In this document: in pieces, positions 27,621 to 40,545 of the stretch
How positions within the stretch are numbered: position 1 is the stretch's first letter
How the letters are laid out: each line of letters begins with the position of its first letter
NCBI GenBank assembly: GCA_964016885.1
Contig: OZ024741.1
Span: 173,228,001-173,292,000 of the forward strand
Origin: Eledone cirrhosa
Taxonomy: Eukaryota
Length of the DNA stretch: 64,000 nt
Direction of reading: 5' to 3'
The notes under the pieces: model-generated
The model's database searches: none
Told to the model about the DNA's origin: nothing
What the model saw: only the letters and a program-made list of their open reading frames with translations
Program-made: the position numbers and the translations under genes

Positions 27621-28954
27621 GTACTGCTACATCCGGTTTTTAGCGTTCATAGTAACAGTACACACCAACTTTAATGTACTTGTAGCATTCAACTTTTCAC
27701 AGCATTTTCACACTTACCATTCTCATAGTTACACAAACAAAATATTACACTTATATATTTTACATGCACCTCCGTTGTTTTTTGTTTATTTCTTTAACTA
27801 GATTTGTTTTTCTTTCGTAGATTGTGTGGTTAAGATACGAGACGACGTTACCATAGAAATAGTCTTGTAAAAAAAAAGAAAAAGAAAAGCACCAGAAACG
27901 TCAGGGAGACAAAACAACAAAGGATATTCTTCCGTTTTTACTATTTCACGTGTCATTTGATCTTTGATATATATATTTTATATATATATATTTTTTTTTT
28001 TACTGGTTCCAGTCATATCTACCTCAGAACTTAGAAATTTTTCAAGTCTGGTACTTATTTTATAGGTTTCTATTTGTCGACAGGCTACGTTACGCGACCT
28101 ATATATATGATATGTGTATCGATGTATTTATAAATATATGTGAAATATACATCTACGTATGTATAAATATGTGTACAAGTATAAATGTCGATTTCATTGT
28201 TTACATCTCGTCTACCACATACGAAACATTGCCAGGCATTTTATTCTTTTTAATTTATGGAAATGTTAATGAATTTAGTATTGGTGAGTCACTGCGGCGA
28301 TATCTATCCGAAACAACTACTGGTATACCGTAATTTATCAGTAAATTTCATTTTCAAGTCTGTCATATGTATGAGGCGGGCTTCTGACAAACAAGTTTTT
28401 TGTCATCGTTGGCGGTTCGCTTTATTGAAGTATCAGGTATTGCTCTTGAGAGTGCTTGGCTATTCTAACGCCCCTGCCTGCGGTAACGTGAATATGTTGG
28501 CTTGCCTCAAAAATATTTACATAGCAACACCAGCATATTTCTTGCAGTAAGTAATTGGGTGCACACATCTCTTTTGAACTAGGTAGAAGAATCAACCACA
28601 GTACAGACACCGGTTTAAACGTTTTGGGGTTTTTTTCATTCTATAGCCATCTATTTCCGTTCACCAATATATCAATCCGAGTTATGTGAGCTCGAAATAT
28701 TTTTATTAATTTTCAAGGAACTATAAAAACTACATTACCCTGAGCTCATCATATCTTTGAACAGTTGTTTAAACGTATAAAATCAAAAAATAATAAAGAT
28801 TCCTCTGTTTTTGTTTTTTTTTACACGCAGAAATTCCCATTTGTACCGTCCTGTACTGTCCTTAATGTCTTACTTTGTGTAAACCCTTGTGGTTAATAAA
28901 GAAACCATTAATAGGCGATGTATATTATTGTCATTAATCATTATTATTAGCTTG

Positions 28955-29060
28955 TGTCCGAGGTTAACTTTGCCTTTCATCCTTACGGGGTCGATAAAAT
29001 AAAGTACCAGTAATGCACTGGGTATTTGCTGGCCTTGTGCCAAAAGTAGAAACAATTATT
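28955..29060 (+). mobile_element. SINE family 1, 3' half
   Basis: Near-identical to the 35870-35970 core and tail. Confidence 0.85.
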
Positions 29061-29289
29061 AGCTTATGTCCTGTGTCAGTTGACTGATCGAATGTTAAAT
29101 TGATAGGAAATAAGAAAACGAAAATATCTCGCGCGATTCACCGGGTTATGCACGTTACAGTTAGGATTCCCTCGTCGGCTGGTGTGTGTATAGATAGATG
29201 AAGAGACCACGCTAAAACTTCGAAATCACTCACTTTTCTACAAAGAAAATTTATACTCTACCCACTAGTATTGAGTGCTCAATCAATTA

Positions 29290-29412
29290 ATTGTTTCTAC
29301 GTTAGGCACAAGGCCAGCAAATACCCAGTGTATTACTGGTACTTTATTTTATCAACCCCATAAGGATGAAAGGCAAAGTTAACCTCGGCGGGATTTGAAT
29401 TCAGAATGGCAA
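29290..29412 (-). mobile_element. SINE family 1, inverted relative to the 28955 copy
   Basis: Reverse complement of the core and B box. Confidence 0.85.
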
Positions 29413-30154
29413 TTAATGCTTGAATATTTCAATTACAATGTTATTTTAATCACATTCAAATATATAATGGGCGATTTGTCTGCTATTTCTAGCAGTTTGC
29501 GTGATGATGTTTATGTAAACAGACCTCTGCTTTTGTTTAACGCTTGGTCAACTTCGATAAAAGCCATTCCAGTTTTGACCATCCTGACTACGTTATCCAC
29601 TGGGTTTGTTATTCAGACGATAGGGTATGATTTGTTATTTTTAGCAGGACACATTGTATCGAGATGAACTAATTCACAATGAAGAAGATCTATAATCAAA
29701 AGCGTTCCAACTGTTCAAGGCGTCATTTTCTTAAGTGTAGTGTATACTGTTATTTCTAGCAGGTTTAAAGACTGCGTGCCAATGAAGTGGTCTCTACATG
29801 TTCGACAACCATGTTATAAATAGCAGCTAAATCTCCTTCTAAGGAAGAAATTCATTAATGTCATTGTTATTATTTAGCCCGAAATCAACCCTGACCAGCC
29901 CAGTCTTTTTCCTACATGCAAAAAAGAAACAGTACCGCTTTAACTAAACATGTCCTTCTTCAAGACGACATGGTGTTTTTGGCTGCTTCTTCTAGCAGGT
30001 CAAGCGACTACGAAAAACTTCTTCCCATTGCTGATTGGGTTAAATAACGTTAGTACCATGCACAGGTAAGATACACTTGTGTCATGGCTGGAACGTCATT
30101 CTTGTAAGTTGACACCTTCCTATATGCAATACACCAACCACAATAGGGCGTTCT

Positions 30155-30340
30155 TATTAATTGTTTCTACTTTTGACACAAGGCCAGCAAATATCTTAGT
30201 GTATTACTGGTACTTTATTTTATCGACCCCTTAAGGGTGAAAGGCAAAGTTAAGGTCGACGGGATTTGAACTCAGATCACAAAGGGCCATAATTCTATCC
30301 CTCAAAGCATGGCGTCCGACCCTCTACAGATACTGCCACG
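30155..30340 (-). mobile_element. SINE family 1, full length; other copies at ~6450-6610, 26220-26420, 31730-31890 (minus) and 10100-10390, 25880-26070, 45335-45490 (plus)
   Basis: A box, B box, core and tail all present in reverse complement. Confidence 0.85.
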
Positions 30341-31220
30341 GTTGGAACGCCTTCGAGACAAATACGTTCGTCACAATTATTTTAGCCATTAATTATGAAA
30401 CAGGTAATAAAGAATTTAAGTCTGATTTTGAAGCAATTTTACACCTCCGTAGAGGTGCCTAAAAATTGCGATTGGCGCCTATTAGGCGCCATCGCGGGGT
30501 ATTGGGAATAGTTTTCAACTAGCAATAACCACGCCTCGGATAACCCTCATTGGCTATGGTACCGCCTCTGCGCAAAGCTGACGAGTAATGATTAGGCGAT
30601 AAACTTATATACATCAAGTGTATTATCAACTGCTGGTATAGATATTTTATAATGTCTTGAAATTAATTTGTGTCAAAATATAATTATAGTAATTTTAAAT
30701 ATCTAATTTATGTCTATTATTTATAATATGTTTCAGTTAAAATAATGCTATAAATTTTAATTAATACTTTATAACGCGATGTTTAAAAGTTTTAATCTAT
30801 AAGAATGACTAACTATACACTCAGTTCTTGATTACGTCCCCTTATTGACAGCACCTTTTGTTAGCAAGTAATTATGGAAAATAGTCTATTTTTAGATTTG
30901 TTCGTAGTGAAAGAAAAATGAACACGACAGAAATAAATTAATATTTTAGTTTATGTTTTCAATAAGGAAAGATTAACGATAATATTGTATACTTCGCGTT
31001 ACCTTTTGCTAAATGGTGTATATTTTTATAATAAAATCGTTCTCGGTAATTGCAATTTTAGCAGTTAAAAGACCACCACAATGAACTCAAATATATTTTA
31101 TATCAATGTTTGTCTTCAATTAACAAGCGGTCTTGGAGTATAAGGTGCCACTTTAACTTTCTCGAACTTTAGATTTCTTTTTAGTTGCGCAAGCTTTGGC
31201 TTTCTTCTCGGTTTCGAGTA

Positions 31221-31221
31221 C

Positions 31222-31272
<51 letters not shown>

Positions 31273-31307
31273 CACACGTACATATATATATATATATATA
31301 CACACAC

Positions 31308-31362
<55 letters not shown>

Positions 31363-31365
31363 TAC

Positions 31366-31424
<59 letters not shown>

Positions 31425-31427
31425 TAC

Positions 31428-31476
<49 letters not shown>
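31221..31476. repeat. Compound (TA)n/(CA)n microsatellite
   Basis: Direct inspection; source of spurious YIYI ORFs. Confidence 0.95.
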
Positions 31477-31479
<3 letters not shown>

Positions 31480-32099
31480 GTATGTCTGTGTCTGTTTGAT
31501 GACAGAAGTGTTTTCGTCTTGAAACTGCTAGTACAGTGAAGTTAAATTTAATATAAATATTCTCAACTTCTACGTTGTATTGATTGCTTTTTTTCTTTGT
31601 GTGTGTGTACAGTCTGTTAAAATACAATTTAGCTTATTTTCGTTATCATAAAATATTTAATTATATTTTAATTATATTTTACGCATTTCCCATTACAATG
31701 AATACTGGTTTCCATGGGGATAAAAGAAAATCGATTATATGACTCCAGTACTTGACTGGTACTTTATTTTTATTGGCCTCGGAAGGATGAAAGGCAAAGT
31801 TGACGTTGGCTACATTTAAAACCAGAACGTAGAGGGCCATAACGAAATGCTGTAGCATTTCATCCGATGAACTAACAACTCTGTCAATCTACTGCTTTTC
31901 ATTAAAACGAATACACAAGTTTCGGTATAGAAACAGAAACTAAGTATATTTCGTTGTTTTGATTTTTCTATCTTAAAATTTTATTTACATTTTATTAGTG
32001 TGCGAAAAACAGGACCTAACCGGGGGAAAAATCAAAAGAAGCAGCAAAGAGAATAAGATTTTAAATATTTACATAAACTAACGACATTTCTAAATGCAC

Positions 32100-33378
32100 A
32101 TAAGTTGACAATCAACTTTATTCTCATTTAAGGGTTCCGCTTCGTTGTCCCAGTGGACAGAATGAAGAAGACGTTGCCCCAGGAGACGGCCAGGGAATCG
32201 CACTGGAACAGCCATTCCAACTCGCAGGGCTCGCTCCTGCAGGTAGCCAGCTCCTCCCCCGATAGCAGTGAGTAGGGATGTGGTCGGGGGGGGGCACAAA
32301 CGCAGGAAGTCTCCACTGCCACAGGCTCGACCACAAACCTATCGGTGAGTCGACGATACTTCGACAGTTTGCTCACTTCGGCCTGACTAGCAACGAAGCC
32401 TGGGCTAGTCGCCGAATGTACCAGGTTGTCGCTAGAGAAGGTGTCGCAACATGTAACGTCCCAGTTGAGGGGCTACCCCGCTGAACGGAAAGTTTGTCAT
32501 ACCCTCTACACTTTTACCGTCCCTTCGGTTGAGCCGCACTGGCGCTGACTCGAGTAGGGAAGAGAAACCTGTGGCGTCCAAATCATGCTTTATGATTTCG
32601 TTGATAGCAGCATGAGGTAGGAGGCGGCCGGCACTATAACAGTGGAGTGGGGAGGGGGAGCCGCAGTGGATCTGCAGCGACATTTGTAAGGCTCACAGAA
32701 ACGGAAGTCGAGCCTCAGCGAAACACCGATACGCTAACAGTTGATGTCAGGCTGAGTGCCTGTAGAGAGTGATAGTACAGCATTAAGTCAAACACCGCTG
32801 TAGAATAGGAGGCCGACGAAAACATGCCAGACAGTCCTGGTCAAGCCGGCGCACCAACCTGTCCGAGGTCATGTTATACTGAATGGTGTCCCATTTGTTG
32901 GGGGGGGGGGGGGTCCTCAGGGCGTGGGCCGAACTGGTTCCACGATTAACACTAGGTTCCGTTGTGTTGTGGATAACCCTATTGGTGATGACACGGCATA
33001 TCTCCTCAGCAGCCTGTCTGAGAGATGCCTGGCTGTAACAGGGGGTACAACGGAAGGTGTATAGAAGCTTGGGCAGGGCGAAGTAGTTCCTTAACAGGAA
33101 GAGTACCGGTTGGGTGTCAATCAAGTTCAGTTTGCTCGTCAGAGTTTTGAGATGGCGAAGCTTAGACCTGAGGGTAGAGCGAATGGCATGCAGGAGGATC
33201 GGCGAACCGAGGATAAGGACATCATTTTTAGAGGTCTCTTGCATCCGCCGGAGTAATGATCACACGTCCGAGACGTTCATGGCCTCTGTGGCGAGAAGCA
33301 CTGATCGGAGATCGAGGCAGACACTCTCTGCGGGCCCGCTTATTGTCGCATCGTCTAGGGCATGGCTGGGCCAAGCCT
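32100..33378 (-). mobile_element. CRE-clade (restriction-like endonuclease) non-LTR retrotransposon, 3' fragment, degenerate
   Basis: ILGSPI...LFLLRNYFALPKLLYTFRCTP (RT thumb), H...GR...HAAINEII, RRDGK..G.T, EPVAVET (RLE); AATAAA at the 3' end. Confidence 0.75.
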
Positions 33379-33790
33379 CGAGTTAAATAGGCTTTTTAAA
33401 AGTGCGTACTACTGAATAACTAAGAATTGAATATTAGGTGAGGAACTCAGTCCGGTGAGTTCCTCGCGTAATATACTTACATTTTTTCATTAGTGTGGAC
33501 TTTTAAAAGCCCTACTTAACTTTTTTTTTTAATTATTCCTTTGAATATCATACATCCGGAATGTGCAACGGAAGAAGAAAGAAAAAAAAAAGACGGTTAG
33601 GAGATCGTGATTTCGATTCGCGGCAGCGTGTTTCCCCAATCCACTCAGCTGATAAAAATGGGTTGTAGTTTAATAGCTATTGTATCGCGTGAAGAGTTGG
33701 TTTGGGTTTGATATTATTGTTCATTGTAGCATAGCAGATGTAGTAGTAATGTTGTTGCTTAATGAACATCACAAGTACCTGGTCAGCCAC

Positions 33791-33829
<39 letters not shown>

Positions 33830-33832
33830 TCA

Positions 33833-35106
33833 CGAGGGGGTGCTGAAAAGTTTCTGGCTTTGGGTGAAAGAAAATGCAGGTGGATCAATTAATTATGATT
33901 TTATACAACATATTCCCCCTCACAGATTCACACACTTATTGCAATGGTCCTCCACTTTTTCTAAGTCCTGTAAAAAGAATTCGGAAGGTTGGGCCTCTGA
34001 CCAGGCCCCGGTAGCAGCCTTCACTTCCGAATCGGAGTGAAATTTAGTTCCCTTGAGATGTTCCTTCAGTTGTGGAAAGACGTGATTGTTGGAGGAGGCC
34101 AAGTCAGGAGAGTAAGGTGGGTGATCTACCAATTCGAAGCTAAAGTCACGTATTATCCATAGTTTTATGTGCTGTGTGTGCTGGTGCATTGTCCTGCAAA
34201 AACAGAACACCACGGCGTTTCTACTTCAAAGCTTCACGCAGTTGGTCCAACAGAGACATGTAGTATTCTGCGTTGATGGTGCGACCCTTTGGCAGGTATT
34301 TTATGAGGACTACTCGTCTTTGTCCCAAAACATTGAAACTAGAATCTTTCCAGCTGGCATCTGGGTCCGAAACTTCTTGAAATGCGGTTAAGCGCCGTGG
34401 TGCCTCTCCATTGTTTGCTGCTTGGTCTGGGGATTATAATGATGAAGCCAAGTTTCGTCCATCGTGACTAAACGAGCCATAAAATCAGCCTCACCCACTG
34501 CAAACCGGTCGAAAATCGGCTTTGATGTCGTCATTCTAATGCGCTTCTGATCTGCGTTCAAGTATTTTGGTACCTATTTTGTGGAAAACTTTCTCATGTC
34601 CAGAATGTTGTGGATGATGTGGCCAACTCTTTCGCAGGAAATCCTTAAAGTTTCAGTTACGACTTTAGTTGAAATCAGGCGGTCCTCAAAAATCACGACG
34701 TGCACAGTGTCGGCTTTGTCCTCTGTTGTCGTGGAAGTTAGCCGTCGTGACTGAGGTTCATCTGTGACCTCGAGATGACCAGTCCCAAACTTTGACACCC
34801 AGATTTTCACTGTGGAGTAAGATGAGTAGCCATCCTTCAAGACTTCCTTCATCTCACCATAGATTTCCGCTGCTCCTTTGCCTTGCAAGAAGAGGAACTT
34901 CATGACTGTCCGTGCTTCAATTTTACCAAAAGTCCACTGTAGGAGCTGCAGCATGCATTAAATATACAAAGAAGAGAAAGATATATTGTTTACCATCATG
35001 ATTTTTTTTTTGCATATCTTCTAAATAGTTGCCCTATCTCTATAAAGGTAATAGGTCTACCCTTTCGTGATACCCTGAAAGCCAGGAACTTTAAAGCACC
35101 CACTCG
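33833..35106 (-). mobile_element. Full-length mariner DNA transposon (irritans/Hsmar2-like TIRs), transposase pseudogenised
   Basis: 29-bp TIRs cgagggggtgctgaaaagtttctggcttt / aaagccaggaactttaaagcacccactcg; TA 3' flank; HTH region, DET and HPPYSPDLA motifs with stops and frameshifts. Confidence 0.93.
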
Positions 35107-35781
35107 TATATATCTGCTCAAAATTCTTAATTTGTTGAACTGCTTATACTCTGACTAGTACTCTACGCACCTTTTTATAGCGGATACGACGTCCAATCCT
35201 ATTTGTATCTGCCACCACAGTTAAAACATTTTCCACGCCACGCGGTATAATTATGACTACTTTTCGGAACACGACAGATATAAAGGTATTTTTGTATTTT
35301 ATTGGAACTTGTCCAAACACGATTTCCTTTGGTGATTAGTTTCGCGTCTTTCGTAGCTCTGCCAAAATCGATAGTTGGTAATCGATAATCGATTCCTTAG
35401 ATCGATTTTTGCTTCGGTTTACGAACTATGAAACGGTCACCGTAAGGAAAATAAGAACTTTTCCACCTTAAAGTATGTACTTTTTCCTAAATATTATATG
35501 CTTTATATATATGTACAAAATACTATATGTTTCTCTAACGATTTATGACTCTCTCCCTATATATATATATATCTTATAATTTGAATTATGGATGCTCTGG
35601 ACAAACGTCCATTGAGCTTTTCTGTTGAGAAACATAATCATCATATATGTTATGATACCTTAACCTAGTATGTGTGTGTGTTTGTGTGTATCCTTCCTTT
35701 CTGTCTATCCACTTGGATCTTGGTTAAAACGCGTGTTTGTAACGATAAGCATTTGATTTGGTTTTATTATTACACCCAGGG

Positions 35782-36143
35782 TGGTGGATTGGCAGTATCG
35801 GTAGAGGGTCGGACGCCATGCTTTCCAGCATAGTTACGTTCCTTTACGATCCGAGTTCAAATCCCGCCGAGGTTGACTTTGCCTTTCATCCTTACGGGGT
35901 CGATAAAATAAAGTACCAGTAATGCACTGGGTGATTGCTGGCCTTGTGCCAAAAAGTAGAAACAATTATTACACCCAGAGGGTTGGACGCCATGCTTTCT
36001 AGCATAGTTACGTTCCTTTACGGTCTGAGTTCAAATCCCGTCGAGGTTAACTTTGCCTTTCATCCTTACGAGGTCGATAAAATAAAGTACCAGTAATGTA
36101 CTGGGTAATTGCTGGCCTTGTTCCAAAAAGTAGAAACAATTAT
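35782..36143 (+). mobile_element. SINE family 1, full copy plus tandem second copy
   Basis: A/B boxes. ttattacaccca occurs before, between and after the two copies (target-site duplication). Confidence 0.9.
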
Positions 36144-36638
36144 TACACCCATCTCACTTTGGAGGTGAAATTTATGTTTTTCCTACGATGTTTTGAACTA
36201 ACCTGACCTCCACAACCATAGGAAATTATTCGTTGTGGAGTAAAGGCCCGATTCGTTCAAAAACCACAGACAAAATACAAATGTCACCTCAAATTTTATA
36301 CAAATGTAATAGCCATCTCCAAATAGGAGCACCCCTACTAGTTAACTAAAAGGCGAATAACGCCAGATTTCTACAAAACACACCAAATGCCATATGAAAA
36401 ATAATAAATTCCACCTACAAAGGAAGACGGGTGTAATTGTAAAAATTTACCAAATATCGCCTCGTTTGAGACACGTCGACGTCTCAGTTTGCAAGTAAAT
36501 AAATAAATAAATAATATTTTCTCTATTATATGAAATGAAAAAATAAAAGAGTCAGTCGGAAACAATTCAGTAACCTCTTGTCAACGGATAATTACTTACG
36601 TAAGTACATATATGTAAGAATTAAGAGTTATCTCCCAT

Positions 36639-36701
36639 GTTACCCAAGTTACAGTTGTAAACATAATTGGGAAAAGGTTAAACATCGCATAACAAACAAA
36701 C
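36639..36701 (+). promoter_or_regulatory. Ciliary-gene-type promoter: RFX X-box plus forkhead (FOXJ1-type) sites
   Basis: GTTACCCAAGTTAC (reverse GTAACTTGGGTAAC) at 36639-36652, GTAAACA at 36657-36663 and AACAAACAAACA, 10-70 bp upstream of the putative ATG. Confidence 0.55.
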
Positions 36702-36708
36702 ACCCACG

Positions 36709-36717
36709 ATGGACGAG
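36709..36717 (+). CDS. CFAP58: Putative first coding exon (MDE) of CFAP58-like gene
   Basis: ATG GAC GAG|gttagt donor, phase 0, compatible with the 45787 exon. Adjacent to X-box and forkhead sites. Confidence 0.5.
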
Positions 36718-36873
36718 GTTAGTTTTCAATTTTTACTTTATATACATACAAACATACATAAATAAATAAATACATTCATACGTACATACATATACACACA
36801 CACCACACACACACATATATATATACACACACACACACATATCTATCTATCTATCTATTTCTCCCCCCCCCCC

Positions 36874-36916
<43 letters not shown>

Positions 36917-36993
36917 ACGAAGGAAATGTGGTAAGGAACCAGGTGGACCATAACGCACCAAAGTACTCAATACTTAGGGTAGTAGTGTGGGTA

Positions 36994-37123
36994 ATAGGAA
37001 CGAGTAGGACCCCGACGGCTGAGCTCAAGCCGTTTCGACGGCTAATTCTGGATTAAAAATCATTTTTAATCCAGAATTAGCCGTCGAAACGGCTTGAGCT
37101 CAGCCGTCGGGGTCCTACTCGTT

Positions 37124-37128
<5 letters not shown>
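36994..37128. repeat. Perfect palindrome (67-bp arms, 1-nt spacer at 37061) containing the 3' half of a type I hammerhead; part of a (TA)n-flanked insert 36917-37128
   Basis: Arms are exact reverse complements by inspection. GAAA-CGGCT-tgagctc-AGCCG-TC-ggggtcc at 37086-37115. Confidence 0.9.
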
Positions 37129-37179
<51 letters not shown>

Positions 37180-37791
37180 ATTCTATTGGTGTTTTCTTTA
37201 TCTGTGCCTTTGTGTCGATTAAAGAAATTATCATCATCATCGTCGTCGTCGTAATCCTTGTTGTTGTTGTTGTAAATTAACCCTAGGCTAGCCTTGATCG
37301 GACCAATGAGACCTATGATCAAAGCCATTCACATCATGACCACCCCGAATTTTATTCACGCATTGTGTTCATTGATTTGCTTTATTAAGTGGTTCTATTA
37401 AAAAAGGAACAAAAAGAAAAGAATAGGGTGTGATTTGAGGAAGTATTGTCTGCTATTTGTACAGCAGACCTGCTAATCTCTAAACCCCAGATGGGGAGTA
37501 CCATGGAAAACAATTGCCCCGAACGAGGAGAAGCGAGGCAAAATGGGGAGATTTTACATAATGAAATCTATACCAACCCATTTACACAAGAGAATACATC
37601 TCTCACCCATCCCAAAGTGGGTGGGAGATCTCCGCGTCGGACGGGGAGAGTTGACAGGTCTGGTACAGGCACCCTTGTAGTTGTTTCCATTCCCAATGGG
37701 CTAACGTTGCTAATGTTCCTAGAAAATATATGAGCTTCACATATTCACATGTGTATGTCTATGCAATTATACCTATATATAAAAGAGAGAG

Positions 37792-37842
<51 letters not shown>

Positions 37843-38289
37843 GAGAGAAAGGGTGGGTGGGGAAAGGGAGATTTAGTGATTTAAAAGATAGATAGATAAA
37901 GAAAGCTGAGGAACAGACAGGGAGGTGCGTTGCCTAGTGGTTAGGGTGTTGGACTCACGACAATAAAGTCGTTATGTAAATTTCATTTTTTCAAAGATTT
38001 CGTGATAATCTAATGTTGTTATAGTTATCTTTACGGATGTTTGAATAATCAAAAACATTCTGACAGTGACCATCCCTGCCCATCTCACCCTCAGTTATGA
38101 CATGAATGAAACCATATGAAACGAAAAAGTGTTATGCTTTAATACACTTGTGTTGTTTTTGTGTCTTAGTTACGGCTATTGTGAGTGTGTCTGTGAAACA
38201 TACATACATACCAGGTCCGAACACAAAGGAACGAGACTCCTACTGTCACTGCCTCCGTCTCTTCCGCTCTCCCTATCTCTCACTATTGA

Positions 38290-39746
38290 TAATAATAATG
38301 ATGATAATGAAATTATTGTGTACAATGCTCAGGTGCACTACAACTCGTCAAAGGTGCATGTATAGTACATAGAATAATATACAAATGTCAGGGAAGTGAA
38401 TAGTGTAAAAGTCATGATATACATGTGTGCGAGTGTATGGAGGAGGGATATCATGTGTAGTGTTGGTGAATCTCAGGAAGCATGGAGGTTTTAAAGGATG
38501 CAGTGTCTCAACAGCTAATAACTGATGCAGGTAGTTTGTTCCATGCTTCAGCAACTCTGAGCATGAAAAAATGTTTCTGAAAGTCATGGGAGCTGTGCTG
38601 TTTTCTGACTTTGTGAGCATGCCCACGTGTGTTAGATACATGGAAATCAAAAAGGTGCTCAGGGTTGTTGTTGGCAAGATGGTTAACAATTTTGTGGGTG
38701 TTTACCAAGTTAGTTGTCAGGCGTCGGAGCTTCAATGTATCCATGCCCATGGAAGTGAGGTGTTCAGAGTATGGTATACGCTTGGCTGCACGTCTCTTGA
38801 ACAGTTTTCAGGCGGTCAATGTTCTGAGCAAGATAGGGGTTCCATACTGGTGATGCAAATTCTAAGTGTGGCCGCACCATAGCTATATACAGCTTTAAAT
38901 AGAAAGCTGGAGAGTGACTGACAAAGGTCTTGCTGAGTGATGCTAAGACACCCTCAGCCTTCTTGACAATTTTAGAGACATGCTTCGTCCAACGCAAATC
39001 GCTGCTGACTGTAATGCCCAGGTCACAAGAAGACTTCTTGATATTAGTGTCGTGGAGGGAGTATGTGGACACAGGGTTTTTACTCCCAAAATGCATGGTG
39101 GTACACTTGTCCATAGCTAGCTTGAGTTACCAGTCTGTGATCCATTGTTGCATTGTGTCCAGGTCAGATTGCAAACAAGATCTATAGTGTTCAGGATCGG
39201 TCCTTTTTATCTCAAGGTACAGCTTGATGTCATCTGCATATTTCAGTACTGTGGCATTCTTTAAGTTGGAATCTACGTCATTAATATATGCCACAAACAA
39301 AAGGGGGCCAAGAACAGATCCATGTAGTACACCATATGCTATCTCATATGGTGAGGAATGCTGTCCTAGAACCGTGACTGCCTCTCTTCGACTGAGAATG
39401 AAGGACTTCAACCAGTTAAAAGATCATCCTTCACACCCATTACAGAGAGTTTTGCCATAAGCCTTTTGTGTGGCACAGAATTGAAAGCTTTAACAAAGTC
39501 AAGGTAAACAACATCCACCCATGAGCCGCCATCAGTGATCCGGGTGATGTCTTCAAGAAACTCGATAAGTTGATCACAGCAGCTGGAGTTAGGGATAAAT
39601 CCAAATTGCAAGGGCCGGATAAGACTGTGAGAGTTCCAGAAGTTCCAAAGCGTTTCTCTGACACAGTGTTCCATCAGTTTGGCAATGCAGTTAGTAAGAC
39701 TGACTGGATGGTAGTTCACTGGTGATGTGCAGTCACCCTTTTTGGG
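38290..39746 (-). mobile_element. CR1-clade LINE, 5'-truncated, degenerate
   Basis: YLDFVKAFNSVPH, GSVLGPLLF..YIND, YADDIKL, RPHLEFASPVWNP, TRGH, WNKLP motifs; (ATT)n-type tail. Confidence 0.92.
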
Positions 39747-40169
39747 CAAATGGGGGCCCACAAACAGAATTAGTGAGTCTTTCACTCTTTCTTCTGCTCC
39801 TCTTACTCTCTCTCTCCTTCTCTTTCTCTCTCCCTCTTTCTTCTGCTCCTCTTACTCTCTCTCTCTCCCTTTCTTTCTCCCCTCCTATCTCTCTCCATTC
39901 TCTCCACTCTCTCTCTCTGTCAGTGTGTGTGTTTGTTTGTGTGTGCAGAACAACATATTTAAGTATTCCACTCCCTTTCTTTCATTTGATCTTTGTTGTA
40001 GAATCGTTTGTAGGTTGTTTTGTGACCTGGTGTGTGTCTGAGGATCTTCCAAAAGTGAAGTTTTGTTCAATGAAAATCTCTATTAATAAACATTGTTTTG
40101 TTTGATCTATTCGTTATAAAGACCTATTGTAACTATTAAAGTTACAATTCCACTTCTTGAGTCAGAATT

Positions 40170-40540
40170 TATCACATGATATAGGATATATCTTAACATT
40201 GCATATCACAAGATATTTAGTATAAATTAACATTGCACTACAGGACAACTCATCTAAACATGCTAGCATACAAAATAGACATTTAATGGTGATGATCATG
40301 ATGATGATGCACATCATAGTATACTATAGCTTAACATTGCATATCATAAGATATAAGCTATAACATAACATTGCACATCATAAGATATATGGTGCAGCTT
40401 ATGATATATTCTATGATATATGGTGTAGCTTATGATATATGCTATAGTTTAACATAATATGTTTAACTATAGCATATATCATATGATATATGCTATGGTT
40501 TAACATTGCATATCATATGATATATGTTATGGTTTAACAT
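40170..40540. repeat. ~30-bp AT-rich minisatellite (taacattgcatatcataagatata); related array at 47900-48080
   Basis: Multiple imperfect units, a few in inverted orientation. Confidence 0.7.
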
Positions 40541-40545
40541 AGAAT

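Noticed and set aside
35782-35870. tRNA-like A and B boxes
   Set aside because: No cloverleaf, boxes too far apart and attached to a multi-copy body: SINE head, not a tRNA gene.
37446-37733. 95-aa ORF with a possible ccccag acceptor inside the CFAP58-like intron
   Set aside because: No recognisable motif and no convincing donor.
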